64,000 nucleotides of DNA from an uncultured Gemmatimonadaceae bacterium (GTDB taxonomy: Bacteria > Gemmatimonadota > Gemmatimonadetes > Gemmatimonadales > Gemmatimonadaceae): NCBI GenBank assembly GCA_963740355.1, contig CAVUDW010000003.1:1248001-1312000 (forward strand). The letters run 5' to 3'. This document shows, one piece after another, positions 18,311-28,768 of this stretch; position 1 is the stretch's first letter; the number at the start of each line of letters is the position of its first letter. A program made the position numbers and the translations under genes. The notes under the pieces were generated by a model. That model did no database searches and was not told where the DNA came from. It was given only the letters and a program-made list of their open reading frames with translations.

Positions 18311-20007
18311 GCAGGAGCTCCGTTCTCTGACTGGGTGCGGGGAAGGATGATCGTGAAGCGGGTGCCGCTGCCCGGTGACGAGTCAACCAGCACGACGCCA
18401 CGGTGCGCGTCGATGGCGCGATGGACCACCGGAAGGCCGAGTCCGCTTCCGCGCGGCTTGGTAGTGAAGAATGGGGTGAAGATCCGATCTCGAACATCGG
18501 CCGGCATCCCGGGACCATTGTCCTCGATCACCAGCCGCACGGCGCCGGACTCTGGCAACACGCCGCCTGGCACCGTATCCGGGGTCGCCGGCCGCAGCGA
18601 CACACGCACGACGCCGCCCTCGCCCAGCGCCTGCGCCGCATTCAACACCAGGTTGAACACCGCCCGGTGCAGCAGGTCCGAGTCGCCGTCCACCATCTGG
18701 ACCTCCGGCTCCGCATCGAAAACCAGTTCGGTGGTCGGGAGACGATCCGGGTGCGCCGCGACGAGGTTCATCGTATCGCGCACCAGACCAGCCAGGTCGA
18801 GTGGGGTGACCCGCGTCACACGCACACGCGCGAAGTCGAGGAATTCGGTCAGGAGTCGCGCCAGTCGATCACTCTCCCGCACCACCAGTCGCGTCAGTGA
18901 TCCGGTGTCCTCGTCGGCCGAAGGCATGCGGCCCAGCTGCTCCACCGCACTGCGGATCGACGCCAGCGGATTCTTGATCTCGTGTGCGAGGCTGGCCGCC
19001 AGCTCCGACACCGCCTCCAGCTGGCCGGCGCGAACGTGCAGGTCCTCGAGCCGCTTCTGGTCCGATATGTCCGAGAAGATCGCCGTCGCGCTGCCGGCGT
19101 CGTTCTCTGCCTCGCCCCTGAGGTAGGTCACCGTGATGCCGAGCTGCAGCTCGCGCCCGTCCACCGTCACCAGCGCCTCGGCACGTGAGGTGCGCGTCCG
19201 AGTCCGGATCGAACGTTCCAGTGCCAGCACCAGCCCAGGCGCCTCCCGCTCGAGCTCGGTACGCACCTGCCGCCCGATATACGGTGTCAGTTCGAGTCCC
19301 AGCAACGCGCTGGCCGCCTGATTGGCGTACTGCAGCGTGCCGCGGGCGTCGAGCGTCAGGACCCCGCTTCGAATGTTGTCGAGCACGTCCGACGCCTGCA
19401 GGCGTTCTCGCCGCAACGTTTCCGCGAGCAGTTCCGACCCCGACCCCACCTCGCGCAGCCTCGCGCTGACATACCCCGTCCCGACGGCCACAGTGGCGAA
19501 GTTGCCCATCTGCAGCCAGGCGGTCGAGTCGAGCACGAAATCGCGCGTGACGACGATGTCCGTGAAGTAGAACGCGCACACCAGCAGTGCCGCGATCAGG
19601 CCGCCGCTGCGCGGAATGAGCAGCGCCGAGTAGGCGATGACGAGGATGTAGAGGGCCGCGAATTGCGATTCGCTGCCGTTGGTGACGTGCACCAGCGCCG
19701 TGATGAGGGCGATATCCGTGACGGCTTGCCAGAGCAGGAACCCGCGACTCGCCGGCGCGCGGTACATTTCCACCGCAATGAGCGAAATTCCCGTGACGGC
19801 GAATGCCATGATGGCGGCAGCCTGTACCAGCCTGACGGCGGTGGCAGTCTGCCCGACCGCCAACTGCGGCAACACCACGATCAACGCCACCGCGAGTACG
19901 GTGCGGATCGCGTACACCCACAACAGCGCGCGCCGCGGATCGAGAATGGCCCGTAGGCGCGCGATCGGTGTCAGCGCCTGCGCCGTATTGCGTGGTGAAT
20001 TCTGCAT
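18307..20007 (-). CDS. pilS: Sensor histidine kinase, PilS-like (multi-TM, PAS, HisKA, HATPase)
   Basis: About 6 TM helices with DIALITALVHVTNGSES; LAHEIKNPL; DNGPG; FFTTK; GSGLGL; overlaps the pilR start. Start is uncertain (ATG 20007). Confidence 0.88.
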   Translation of the reverse strand: MQNSPRNTAQALTPIARLRAILDPRRALLWVYAIRTVLAVALIVVLPQLAVGQTATAVRLVQAAAIMAFAVTGISLIAVEMYRAPASRGFLLWQAVTDIALITALVHVTNGSESQFAALYILVIAYSALLIPRSGGLIAALLVCAFYFTDIVVTRDFVLDSTAWLQMGNFATVAVGTGYVSARLREVGSGSELLAETLRRERLQASDVLDNIRSGVLTLDARGTLQYANQAASALLGLELTPYIGRQVRTELEREAPGLVLALERSIRTRTRTSRAEALVTVDGRELQLGITVTYLRGEAENDAGSATAIFSDISDQKRLEDLHVRAGQLEAVSELAASLAHEIKNPLASIRSAVEQLGRMPSADEDTGSLTRLVVRESDRLARLLTEFLDFARVRVTRVTPLDLAGLVRDTMNLVAAHPDRLPTTELVFDAEPEVQMVDGDSDLLHRAVFNLVLNAAQALGEGGVVRVSLRPATPDTVPGGVLPESGAVRLVIEDNGPGMPADVRDRIFTPFFTTKPRGSGLGLPVVHRAIDAHRGVVLVDSSPGSGTRFTIILPRTQSENGAPA

Positions 20008-20055
20008 GGATGCCGACAATGTGACACCGTCGTCACCGGCACAGGGAGTGGCGGC

Positions 20056-21372
20056 GTGAACCTTCCCGAAGCGGGCGTGGGGCTGCGGCTCCTCGGTGTG
20101 CTGTTTCTGGTGCTGATGAATGCCTTCTTCGTGGCGGCAGAGTTCGCGCTGGTCGGCTCGCGGCGCAGCCGGATCGACCAGCTCGCGCAGGAAGGTGTCA
20201 GCGGCGCGAAGGCGGTGCAGGACGCGCTCACGAACCTCGATCGCTACATCTCGGGCACGCAGCTCGGCATCACGCTGGCATCGCTGGCGCTGGGATGGAT
20301 CGGCGAACCCGCGTTGGCGACCCTCGTCGATCGCGGACTGGCCCTGATCGGCGTACATGCACAGCCGGGTATCGCGCACACCACGGCAGGGGTGGCGACC
20401 GCATTCCTCGTGATCACGTTCCTGCACATCGTGCTTGGCGAGCTGGCCCCGAAGTCGATCGCGCTGGTCGCTCCCGAGCGCGTGAGCATGTACCTCGCGC
20501 GTCCGCTGATGCTCTTCTCACGCGTGATGAGCCCGTTCATCACGATGCTCAACTCGGTGGCGAACGCACTGCTGAAGGTCGTGGGTGTGGATCCAGCGGG
20601 CGCTGGCCACTCGAGCGTGCATAGCGCCGACGAACTGCGCCTGCTGGTGATGCAGGCCCGCGCGCAGGGCACGCTGAATGAAACCGACAGCATGATGCTG
20701 GCCGGTGTCTTCGACTTTCATGAAAAGAAGGCGCGCGACGTGATGCGCCCTCGCACCGAAGTCGCCGCCATTCCGCTCGATGCCACCGAGGCCGAGGTCT
20801 GGGCGATCCTCCGATCGGAGCGGTATTCGCGTTATCCGGTGATCGGCGACTCGCTGGATGACATCGTCGGTGTGTTCTTGGCCAAGGACCTCTGGTTGCA
20901 CCAGGGTCCGTTCACGATCAAGCAGTTCATACGCGCCCCGCTCTTCATTCCCGATTCGCGGCCGGCCGAGCGGGTGCTGGACGACTTGCGCAAGACGCGG
21001 GCGCACATGGCAGTGGTACTGGACGAATACGGCGGCACCGCCGGCATCATCACGATGGAAGACCTGGTCGAGGAAGTGGTGGGTGACATCGCCGATGAAT
21101 ACGATGCCGCAGCCCGCGAAGCCCTCGAGACCGACGGCGTGCTGGAGCTCGCGGGATCGTTGTCGTTGATCGACGTGCGCTCGGACTACAAGGTGCTCGT
21201 CCCCGAGGGGGACTGGACCACTCTTGGCGGCTATGTGTTCAATGCGCTGGGGCGCCTGCCGCGAGTGGGTGACCGAGTGACAATTCCCGGCTGCGAATTG
21301 GAAGTGGTGGCCATGGATGGCCGCCGCGTCGCAGCCGTTCGCGTGAACCGGGTGCCCGTGGCCGGTCGTTAG
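20056..21372 (+). CDS. HlyC/CorC (CNNM-CBS-CorC) family membrane protein
   Basis: NAFFVAAEFALV, QLGITLASLALG, GELAPKSIA, YSRYPV, VLDEYGGTAGIITMEDLVEEVVG. Confidence 0.95.
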   Translation: MNLPEAGVGLRLLGVLFLVLMNAFFVAAEFALVGSRRSRIDQLAQEGVSGAKAVQDALTNLDRYISGTQLGITLASLALGWIGEPALATLVDRGLALIGVHAQPGIAHTTAGVATAFLVITFLHIVLGELAPKSIALVAPERVSMYLARPLMLFSRVMSPFITMLNSVANALLKVVGVDPAGAGHSSVHSADELRLLVMQARAQGTLNETDSMMLAGVFDFHEKKARDVMRPRTEVAAIPLDATEAEVWAILRSERYSRYPVIGDSLDDIVGVFLAKDLWLHQGPFTIKQFIRAPLFIPDSRPAERVLDDLRKTRAHMAVVLDEYGGTAGIITMEDLVEEVVGDIADEYDAAAREALETDGVLELAGSLSLIDVRSDYKVLVPEGDWTTLGGYVFNALGRLPRVGDRVTIPGCELEVVAMDGRRVAAVRVNRVPVAGR

Positions 21373-21457
21373 TCAGCGAGGCGCAACCGCGCACCGCCGT
21401 TGCCTCGCGACCATGCCGCCCACTGCGATTTCTGCGTTATCTCTGCGTTATTTCTCC

Positions 21458-22285
21458 ATGCGCCTGCTGACAGCCCTTTCCTTGCTTTCCCTCGCCATGG
21501 GGTGCGGTCGCGACGATCGCATTCCCGGCGCGAGCGCTGCCGGTGTGACCACGGACACCTCCGCGCGCACCGCGACGGCGGCACGCTGGCCACGTGATAC
21601 CGGCACGGTCATCCCGCTCGCACCACCAGGGCTGCCGGCCTCCGACTTCCCGGCACCGCGCCGTCCGATCTCGAGCATCGTCTCGCCGCAGTGGAGCGAC
21701 GAAGCAACCCGTGACGCGGCCCACGAAGCCGATACCGTGATGGCGCTGCTCGGACTGCGGCCCGGCATGTCGGTGGCCGACATCGGCGCCGGCAGCGGCT
21801 ACTACGTGGCACGCATGGCGCGGCGAGTGGGCGACACGGGCCTCGTGTACGGTGAAGACATCATGCCGCGGTACCTGCGTTACCTGCGCGAGCGCGTCGA
21901 CCGTGACGAATTGACGAACGTGCGACTGGCGCTCGGCGACCCACACGATCCACGCTTGCCGAAGAACTCGCTCGACGTGGCGACGATGATCCACATGTAC
22001 CACGAAATCGAGCAGCCGTTCGGCTTGCTGGCGAACCTCGTGCCGGCGCTGCGACCCGGGGCGCGGATCGCGATCCTCGACATGAATCGCCGCACCGACC
22101 AGCATGGCACGCCGCCCGCACTGCTGAAGTGCGAAATGGAGGCTGTCGGATACCGACAGCAGAGCTTCCACGATCTTGGTGTGGATGGCTACGTGGCGAT
22201 CTTCACTCCGCCCTCTGCGGTGGATGTCGCGCGCATCACGAACGCCGTCCGTGCCTGCGATGCAGTGGCTGAACGTGGCTCGTGA
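21458..22285 (+). CDS. Class I SAM-dependent methyltransferase with lipoprotein-like signal
   Basis: VADIGAGSGYY motif I, HMYHE, LRPGARI; N-terminus MRLLTALSLLSLAMGC. Confidence 0.85.
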   Translation: MRLLTALSLLSLAMGCGRDDRIPGASAAGVTTDTSARTATAARWPRDTGTVIPLAPPGLPASDFPAPRRPISSIVSPQWSDEATRDAAHEADTVMALLGLRPGMSVADIGAGSGYYVARMARRVGDTGLVYGEDIMPRYLRYLRERVDRDELTNVRLALGDPHDPRLPKNSLDVATMIHMYHEIEQPFGLLANLVPALRPGARIAILDMNRRTDQHGTPPALLKCEMEAVGYRQQSFHDLGVDGYVAIFTPPSAVDVARITNAVRACDAVAERGS

Positions 22286-22730
22286 CATCGACGAAGGGCC
22301 ACGCGATGTGTTGATCGTCAACGGTCACGTGCGCATTCCGCGCACGGAGCTGGATGTGAAGGCAATGCGCAGCGGTGGGCCCGGCGGCCAGAACGTCAAC
22401 ACCAGCTCCACCAAGATCGAGCTGCGCTGGCAACCTGGCACGTCAGTCGCCCTGAGTGAGGTGCAGCGCGAGCGGGTGCTCACGGCACTCGCGACCAAGC
22501 TCGATGGCGACGGCTGGATTCGCCTCACGGCGAGCGAACATCGCAGTCAGCTGCAAAATCGCGTGGCGGCGGAAGCCCGACTGGTCGCGATGGTGAAGAG
22601 TGCGCTGGTGGTGCCGAAGGTGCGCCGCGCGACCAAGCCGACCAAGGCGTCGAAGACGAAGCGGCTGGAGACGAAGTCTCTGCGCAGTGAAGTGAAGCAG
22701 CAACGAAAGCGGGTCACCCGCGACGAGTGA
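22275..22730 (+). CDS. arfB: Alternative ribosome-rescue peptidyl-tRNA hydrolase ArfB
   Basis: RSGGPGGQNVN, RSQLQNR, basic tail RRATKPTKASK. Start is uncertain (GTG 22275). Confidence 0.93.
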   Translation: MARDIDEGPRDVLIVNGHVRIPRTELDVKAMRSGGPGGQNVNTSSTKIELRWQPGTSVALSEVQRERVLTALATKLDGDGWIRLTASEHRSQLQNRVAAEARLVAMVKSALVVPKVRRATKPTKASKTKRLETKSLRSEVKQQRKRVTRDE

Positions 22731-22784
22731 CCCGATGCACGCCCCGGCGCTCCGGATGCGCAGGCGCCGAGTGCGCTTCGCCTG

Positions 22785-23474
22785 TCAGTGCCCGAACGAG
22801 ACGCCGATGGAGTAGGTCCACATGTTGACCTGACTTTCGCGCACCAGGGGCGTGGTCAACGTGCCGTCGCCGAAGCTGTCACGGGTGAGGTAGCGGGCCC
22901 GCCCGTTGAAATTACGGCGCGCGTTGAAATCGAGACTGACCTTGTCACCCATCGGAATGCGCACGCCGCCGCCGATCGCCGACGTGAACAGGTTGTCCTT
23001 CAGGTTCGTCGTCGGGAAGACATCCTCGCCGCCGTCCTGTCCATCGGCGGATGACTGCGTCCAGAACACCGTCCACCCGGCCATCGCGTTCACGTAGGGC
23101 CGAATCGGTCCGCTGGGCACCTGCAGTTCAGGGCCGACGAGGCCGGAAAAGATGTTGTTCGATGTCGTGATGTCGACCTGAATGCGGCAGCTGGATCCAA
23201 AGCACTCGCGCGTTGTCTGGCGGCCGTAGATGAGGAAGCCAGCGTCTGCACGCAGCGATACGACGTGCTGGTCAGCCGGGAACCAGCGGAAATCACCAGC
23301 AATGCCGAAGCCGCTGTTGACGTAGTTCTTGAATTCGCCGATCGGTTGCGCGACTGTCAGACGAATGCCGCCACCAATCGGTGGGATGACCGGCGCTTGT
23401 GCCTGCGCGGGAAGCGTGGCAGTGACCAGCGCGAGTGCAGCGATCGAGGCGCGGATGAGGGCAAGCGGTGACAT
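22785..23474 (-). CDS. Outer-membrane beta-barrel protein (8-stranded, OmpA/OmpW-like)
   Basis: Signal peptide, amphipathic strands, IRPYV, terminal YSIGVSF. Confidence 0.75.
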   Translation of the reverse strand: MSPLALIRASIAALALVTATLPAQAQAPVIPPIGGGIRLTVAQPIGEFKNYVNSGFGIAGDFRWFPADQHVVSLRADAGFLIYGRQTTRECFGSSCRIQVDITTSNNIFSGLVGPELQVPSGPIRPYVNAMAGWTVFWTQSSADGQDGGEDVFPTTNLKDNLFTSAIGGGVRIPMGDKVSLDFNARRNFNGRARYLTRDSFGDGTLTTPLVRESQVNMWTYSIGVSFGH

Positions 23475-23560
23475 GGGGGAGTCTCTCTGGTGATTGGCGC
23501 GACTCTCTCAAGTACGCGACTGCCCCCACCATGTTTCAGTGCTCGTGAGACGGCCAGCGA

Positions 23561-25084
23561 TCAGCGCAATTCCGGCAGCCGTCCCGGGGCTCCCGCCGCC
23601 ACGGCAAGGGCCGCACGCGCCGCGAGGTACTTGGCCTGCAGTGCGACGTACTTCAGTTCTTCATCCAGCACCTGGCGTTCGCGTGTGTTGACGAGAAAGA
23701 GGTTGCTCTCCCCCGCCTCGAATCGCGCACGCTCACCGGCACTGAGAATCCGGAACAGACGCACGGCATCGCGCTGCAGCGCGAGTTGCACCTCGTACTG
23801 CGACAGGTCGTTGATGGCGGTGCGCACGAGCAGCACTACGTCGCGGCGGGCTTCGGTGGCCTCGAGTTGTGCCCGATCGAACTTGGCGTCGGTGCTCTGG
23901 AACTTGCCGCGCTCCTTGAAGAACAAGAGCGGTGACGAAAAGTTGAGTGCGCCCTTGTAGTTGCCCTCACGCGCGATCGCATCACCGACATCGAAGCTGC
24001 CGCCCTGCGCGCGCAATGCATACAGGTCAGCACTGGCGAGCGGAATGATGGCCTGACGCGCCAACGATCGCTCGGCAGCCGCCTGCGCCACCTTGCCCTC
24101 GGCTTTTCGCACGTCCGGGTGCAGGGCCATCACGCGCGCGAGGAGCGAGGGCACGGAGGCCGAATCGAGCACCACGCGACCAAGGCCGGAGTCACTCGGC
24201 ACCGAATTCGGCTGCAGGTCCTGCGGCGCACCGCGACTGTCCCAGAGATACGACGTGAGGTCGAGGGAGGCTGCGAAGTAGTTCTGGTCCGCGCCCGCCA
24301 ACTGCGCGCGGCGGCGATTGAGCTCGGCCGCCGCCTCGATGCTGTCGATGCCTGCGGCGTCGCCCGCGCGTACGCGGCGCGTGATGGCCGTATAGCGCTC
24401 ATCGGCCAGCCGCACGCCTTCGCGGATCACCTGCAGCTGGAGCGCCGTCGAATACCACTCCGCGTACGACTTGGCGGCCGAGAAGAGGAGCTTGTTCGTG
24501 ACACCCGCGCGCTCCGCCTGTGCCACGTCGCGCAGCGCACGGGCAACACGCAGCGCGGTGCGACGCTCATCGGTCAGGATGCGCTGCCCCAGCGGGATCG
24601 AGAACCCCGCCGTGTACAGCCCGTTGCTCGGCGTGGTGTACTGCGGGTTGATGTAGCGTCCTGACGCACGTTCGTAGCCGACCTTGAAGTCGGCACCGAA
24701 CGGCGTCGGGATCTTGAGCGCGATGTCTGCGTAGTTCCAGTAAAGCGTCTGCGTCCCGGGCGTCGAACTCTGAAAGCGCTTCGTCTCCCACGAGGCTTCG
24801 ACCTTCGGCTCGAAGTTGCCGTACGCCGCCGTCACGTCGCCATCGGCACCGCTGGCGATCAGTCGTGCCTGCCGCGCGACAGGGTGATTGCGGCTCACGA
24901 GCTCGAAGAAGCTGTCGAAGGTGAGCGGTGTGCCTGGCAGCATCCGCACACTGTCGGTGACCGCCGGCAGGCCCCGTCGTGGCGTTGCCTGCGCATTGAT
25001 TGCCGGCGCGCCACAGACGATGACCAGTACGGCCGAGATCACGCGGCCGACGGCAACACGACTCCCCTGCCCCAACGGATTCAC
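23561..25084 (-). CDS. TolC family outer-membrane efflux protein
   Basis: NHPVARQA and LHPDV repeats, RFEAGESNLFLVNTRE; coupled to hlyD. Confidence 0.9.
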   Translation of the reverse strand: MNPLGQGSRVAVGRVISAVLVIVCGAPAINAQATPRRGLPAVTDSVRMLPGTPLTFDSFFELVSRNHPVARQARLIASGADGDVTAAYGNFEPKVEASWETKRFQSSTPGTQTLYWNYADIALKIPTPFGADFKVGYERASGRYINPQYTTPSNGLYTAGFSIPLGQRILTDERRTALRVARALRDVAQAERAGVTNKLLFSAAKSYAEWYSTALQLQVIREGVRLADERYTAITRRVRAGDAAGIDSIEAAAELNRRRAQLAGADQNYFAASLDLTSYLWDSRGAPQDLQPNSVPSDSGLGRVVLDSASVPSLLARVMALHPDVRKAEGKVAQAAAERSLARQAIIPLASADLYALRAQGGSFDVGDAIAREGNYKGALNFSSPLLFFKERGKFQSTDAKFDRAQLEATEARRDVVLLVRTAINDLSQYEVQLALQRDAVRLFRILSAGERARFEAGESNLFLVNTRERQVLDEELKYVALQAKYLAARAALAVAAGAPGRLPELR

Positions 25085-26409
25085 TTCTTCGCGCCCTTGT
25101 CGTCGGCGCCAAAGCCTTCACCGCTCGCGTTGCGCAGCGACGGCGGGAAGCCGTTGATGCGACGCCAGATTTCGAAGCCGACGCGCACGTTGTCGAGCAT
25201 CGCCCAGCCCAGCACGCCGGAGCCCAGTCGCAGCTGACGCGGCCACTTCTCCTGCGTGGTATCGGGGGTCACGAGCACGCGGAAGTTCCCCGTCGCCCCG
25301 GGCACGCGGTCGATCACCGCCACTGTCCCGCCAAAGGTGCCGACGCTGACGCTCGGCCAGCCGGAGAACTGCAGCGCCGGCCAGCCGTCGAACTGCAGTC
25401 GCACCTTGCGTCCCACGCTGAGCAGCGGCACATCCATCGGCTTGACCATCAGCGCCACCGCCTGCTGCGCATCGGCCGGCATGATCGTGACGACCGTTTC
25501 GCCTTCCTTTAGCTGTTCGCCGATACCGGCGCGCGCAGCGCGAACCACGGTGCCATTCTGCGGCGCCCGGATGATGTAGAAGCCGTTGCGAATCTCGAGG
25601 TTCTGCACGTTCTGCCGCAGCTTGGCGACATCGGCGGAGCCTTCGCCGACTTCTGCCATCGTCGCCGCCTGGTCAGAACGCGCCTTCGCGATCTTCTCGC
25701 CGTAATCGATGGCCACGGCACTGAGCTCGATCTGCGCGGCTTGCAGTGTCTGGCGCTTCTCCTGCAACTTCGCGATCGCGTTCTGGTACTTGACCCGCGC
25801 ATTCTCCAGGTCGGTGAGCCGCGTCAGCTCCTGGTCGAAGAGCGTCTGCTGCCGCTGCAGCTGCACCAGCGCCGTGGAGGAATCGATCAGGGCGGCCCGC
25901 ACTTCAGCGTCATACTGCGCCACCTTGGTGCGCGCCTTCTGTTCGCTGAGCGTACGATTCTGCTCCATCAGCGAGATCTGGGTCGCCAGCTGTCGCACCT
26001 TGTCACGCTTGGACGACACGGCGGCTGACTTGCCCGACAGCTGCTCGTTGTAGCGATCGATCGTGCGCGGATCGAGGTAGTCATCCTTCACTTCTGCGAT
26101 GCGCAGCAACGGCTGGCCCGCGGTCACCACCTGTCCTTCCTGGACGTACCACTCCACGATCCGTCCGCCGATGGTGGACGGCACCACCTGCGGCCGATCA
26201 CTAGGCGAGAACGCGGTCACCTCTCCCTTCCCCTCGACGAACTGCTGCCAGGGCAGGAACATCGCGAGAATGGCCACCGCGATCGTGCCGAGCACGATGC
26301 GGAAGAAGAGCCGATGCGACTGTGGAGTGACCAGCAGGCGCGCCGATTCGAGGTACTCGTGCTCCGAGAGCACGTCGGTCTCTGACTGCTTGGGAGTGGC
26401 CATGATCAC
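25081..26409 (-). CDS. HlyD family secretion adaptor
   Basis: TM helix followed by LPWQQ, GRIVEWYVQEG, coiled coil, IRAPQNG, GRKVRLQFDGWPALQFSGWP. Confidence 0.92.
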   Translation of the reverse strand: MIMATPKQSETDVLSEHEYLESARLLVTPQSHRLFFRIVLGTIAVAILAMFLPWQQFVEGKGEVTAFSPSDRPQVVPSTIGGRIVEWYVQEGQVVTAGQPLLRIAEVKDDYLDPRTIDRYNEQLSGKSAAVSSKRDKVRQLATQISLMEQNRTLSEQKARTKVAQYDAEVRAALIDSSTALVQLQRQQTLFDQELTRLTDLENARVKYQNAIAKLQEKRQTLQAAQIELSAVAIDYGEKIAKARSDQAATMAEVGEGSADVAKLRQNVQNLEIRNGFYIIRAPQNGTVVRAARAGIGEQLKEGETVVTIMPADAQQAVALMVKPMDVPLLSVGRKVRLQFDGWPALQFSGWPSVSVGTFGGTVAVIDRVPGATGNFRVLVTPDTTQEKWPRQLRLGSGVLGWAMLDNVRVGFEIWRRINGFPPSLRNASGEGFGADDKGAKK

Positions 26410-28607
26410 TTCACCGGAACAGAGAGACCGTGCACCGCGGCGCGGCCGAGTTTCGGCGCGAGTTCCGCATACGTCCCCTGCTCCTTGATGCGGCCGCCCT
26501 CCATCACGATGATCAGGTCACAGGCCGCGAGGAACTCCGGGTCGTGCGAGACGGCGATCACTGTGTGTGGCGTGGCACGATCGAGCAGCAGGCGAATCAG
26601 CCGCGTGCGATAATCGTCGTCCAGATTCTGGAAGAAGTCGTCCAGCAACAGCAAGCGAGGGCGACCGACGATACCCTGCGCCACCAGCAGCTTGCTCGCG
26701 ACCGCCGCCGAGAGGTTGGAGCCGCCGTTGGTGATGGTGGTCTGGATGCCGTTCGGCATCGACTGCACCACATCGTCCACATCCACGTCACGCAGCGCCT
26801 TCAGCACCGCCGCGCGATCCACGAATCGGCGACCGACGCTGATGTTGTCCTCGATGGTGCCATCGAACAGGTCGGTGGTCGACAGCACCTGGCCGATCTG
26901 CTCACGCAACGCCGCGCGGTTCATGCTGCGCAGGGTCACGCCGTCGTATGAGAGCGTCCCTTCGAAGCCATCGTGAATCGCGCCCAGCACCCGCAGCAGT
27001 GTCGTCTGGCCGCTGCCGTCCACGCCGGTGATTGCGATGCGCTCGCCGGGCCGGATGTCGAGGTCGATGTTGGCCAGCGTCGGCGACGATTGGTCTGGGT
27101 AGGTAAACGTCAGCCCGCGTGCGAGGATGGCGAGACCGGTCTGTGATTCGGGGAGCTGCAGGCCGTGAATTTCCTCCACCGGCAGGTCCATCACATGCCC
27201 AACCTTGTCCACCGAGGTCAGCACGTCGTAGATGGTGGCCAGTGACCGGATCAGCTTCTCGACGCCGGCTAGCACCGTCACGATCACCAGCTCGGCCGCC
27301 ACGAACTGGCCCAGCGTCAATGACCGGTCCACCACCAGCGTGGTGCCAAGAATGAGCAACGCGCCAGTGAGCAACGTCTTGAAGACGATCATGCTCATCG
27401 ACTGCGTGACGAGCACCTTGAAGTGCTTGCGGCGGTACTTGAGATAGTTCGCCACGTGCCCGTCCATGATCTCGAGCGGCAGCGTGGAGCGGGTCGAGAA
27501 CTTGAAGGCCGCGATCGAGCGAGCCATGGCTTGCAGCCACTCGAGCACGTTGTACTTGAACTTCGACTCCATGATGCTCGTCTCGAGACCGCGCGGAAAC
27601 GTGAGCGCGAAGATCGCGTACACGCCGCCGATGAGCACGAGGGCGAAGACGATGAAGCTTGGGTTGTAGAAAGAGAGCAGCGCGACGCCGAAGAGCACCT
27701 GCAACGTGGCCGTCGGCACGTCGAGCAGCAGCTTCGCCATCGCCTTCTGGATCAACACCGCCTCGAAGAAGCGGTTCATCTGCAGCGGCAGGTTAGACGA
27801 CTGCGCCGCCTCGAAGCGAACGCGCGGCACGAGGTACGCAAACTCGAATGCGAGGCGCGCAAAGATGCGCTGCTGAATCGTTTCCACCACCGATTCCTGC
27901 AGCAGCTGGATGATGCCGGTGGCGAGCGTCCCGACGATGGCGAAGATGATCAGCAGCACGACGGGCTGCAGCACGAGGCCACCCTGCACCAGCTGCGTAA
28001 TGCCCTGCACGGCCAGCGGCACGGTGAGGCCAAACAGGCCTACCAGCACCGCGTAAAGATAGATCAACTCGATGTCGCGCCGTTCCGAGTGCAACAGCTG
28101 GCGCAGCCGTGCCCAGGGGGTCAGGTGTTCGTGCGGCTCGACGTGAATCAGCCCATCACCGCGATCGCTGAGCACTGGCGTCAGTCGCACCGGCACCAAC
28201 GCGTAAACCACGCGCGAGGCGAGGCGCGTCCAGACCGCCTCGATCGAGTCGGTGTACTCCGGTGCCAGCCCACGCTGCGAGACTGGTGCAATCGTGAGCG
28301 TCTTGCCGCCCTTGGCCTTCACCACCACCAACGCCTCGAGCTCTGTGCCGCTGCGTTCTGGCAGGAGGACGATCGGTACCGCACCGTCGCACAGCAGCCG
28401 CTCGAACTCTTCGCGGCCAAGGGTGCGACGGAGGTAGCTCAGTTCCCCTTGTTTCCCAACCGCTTCGATGTCGTTCGCGAGCGCGGCCACATCACCGATG
28501 CTGGGTGCGGCGCCGATGAAGCCGGGGTCCCAGCGCCGCGGTTCGATCTCCAGACCGAAGGTGCGGGCGACGAGTTCGTTGACTGTTCTGCTAAGGACGA
28601 ACGCCAT
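26406..28607 (-). CDS. Type I secretion-type ABC transporter (C39-like N-domain, TMD, NBD with degenerate motifs)
   Basis: ABC membrane domain (TLGQFVAAELVI); NBD with GVDGSGQTT, LSAAV, LLLLDD, VSHD. Confidence 0.88.
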   Translation of the reverse strand: MAFVLSRTVNELVARTFGLEIEPRRWDPGFIGAAPSIGDVAALANDIEAVGKQGELSYLRRTLGREEFERLLCDGAVPIVLLPERSGTELEALVVVKAKGGKTLTIAPVSQRGLAPEYTDSIEAVWTRLASRVVYALVPVRLTPVLSDRGDGLIHVEPHEHLTPWARLRQLLHSERRDIELIYLYAVLVGLFGLTVPLAVQGITQLVQGGLVLQPVVLLIIFAIVGTLATGIIQLLQESVVETIQQRIFARLAFEFAYLVPRVRFEAAQSSNLPLQMNRFFEAVLIQKAMAKLLLDVPTATLQVLFGVALLSFYNPSFIVFALVLIGGVYAIFALTFPRGLETSIMESKFKYNVLEWLQAMARSIAAFKFSTRSTLPLEIMDGHVANYLKYRRKHFKVLVTQSMSMIVFKTLLTGALLILGTTLVVDRSLTLGQFVAAELVIVTVLAGVEKLIRSLATIYDVLTSVDKVGHVMDLPVEEIHGLQLPESQTGLAILARGLTFTYPDQSSPTLANIDLDIRPGERIAITGVDGSGQTTLLRVLGAIHDGFEGTLSYDGVTLRSMNRAALREQIGQVLSTTDLFDGTIEDNISVGRRFVDRAAVLKALRDVDVDDVVQSMPNGIQTTITNGGSNLSAAVASKLLVAQGIVGRPRLLLLDDFFQNLDDDYRTRLIRLLLDRATPHTVIAVSHDPEFLAACDLIIVMEGGRIKEQGTYAELAPKLGRAAVHGLSVPVK

Positions 28608-28768
28608 GGGCGATTGGATCGTGAGCGAATGGCTGAATCCCCAACAATTTCAGCAGTTCTGGTGCAGAGTTCAATGATATCAGGGAATCAATCGCATGAT
28701 GTTACCGATGCTGCCTATTCACGGTTCCCTCAGCATCGCGCCTCGCACCGCATCGCGCCAATCGCGGC

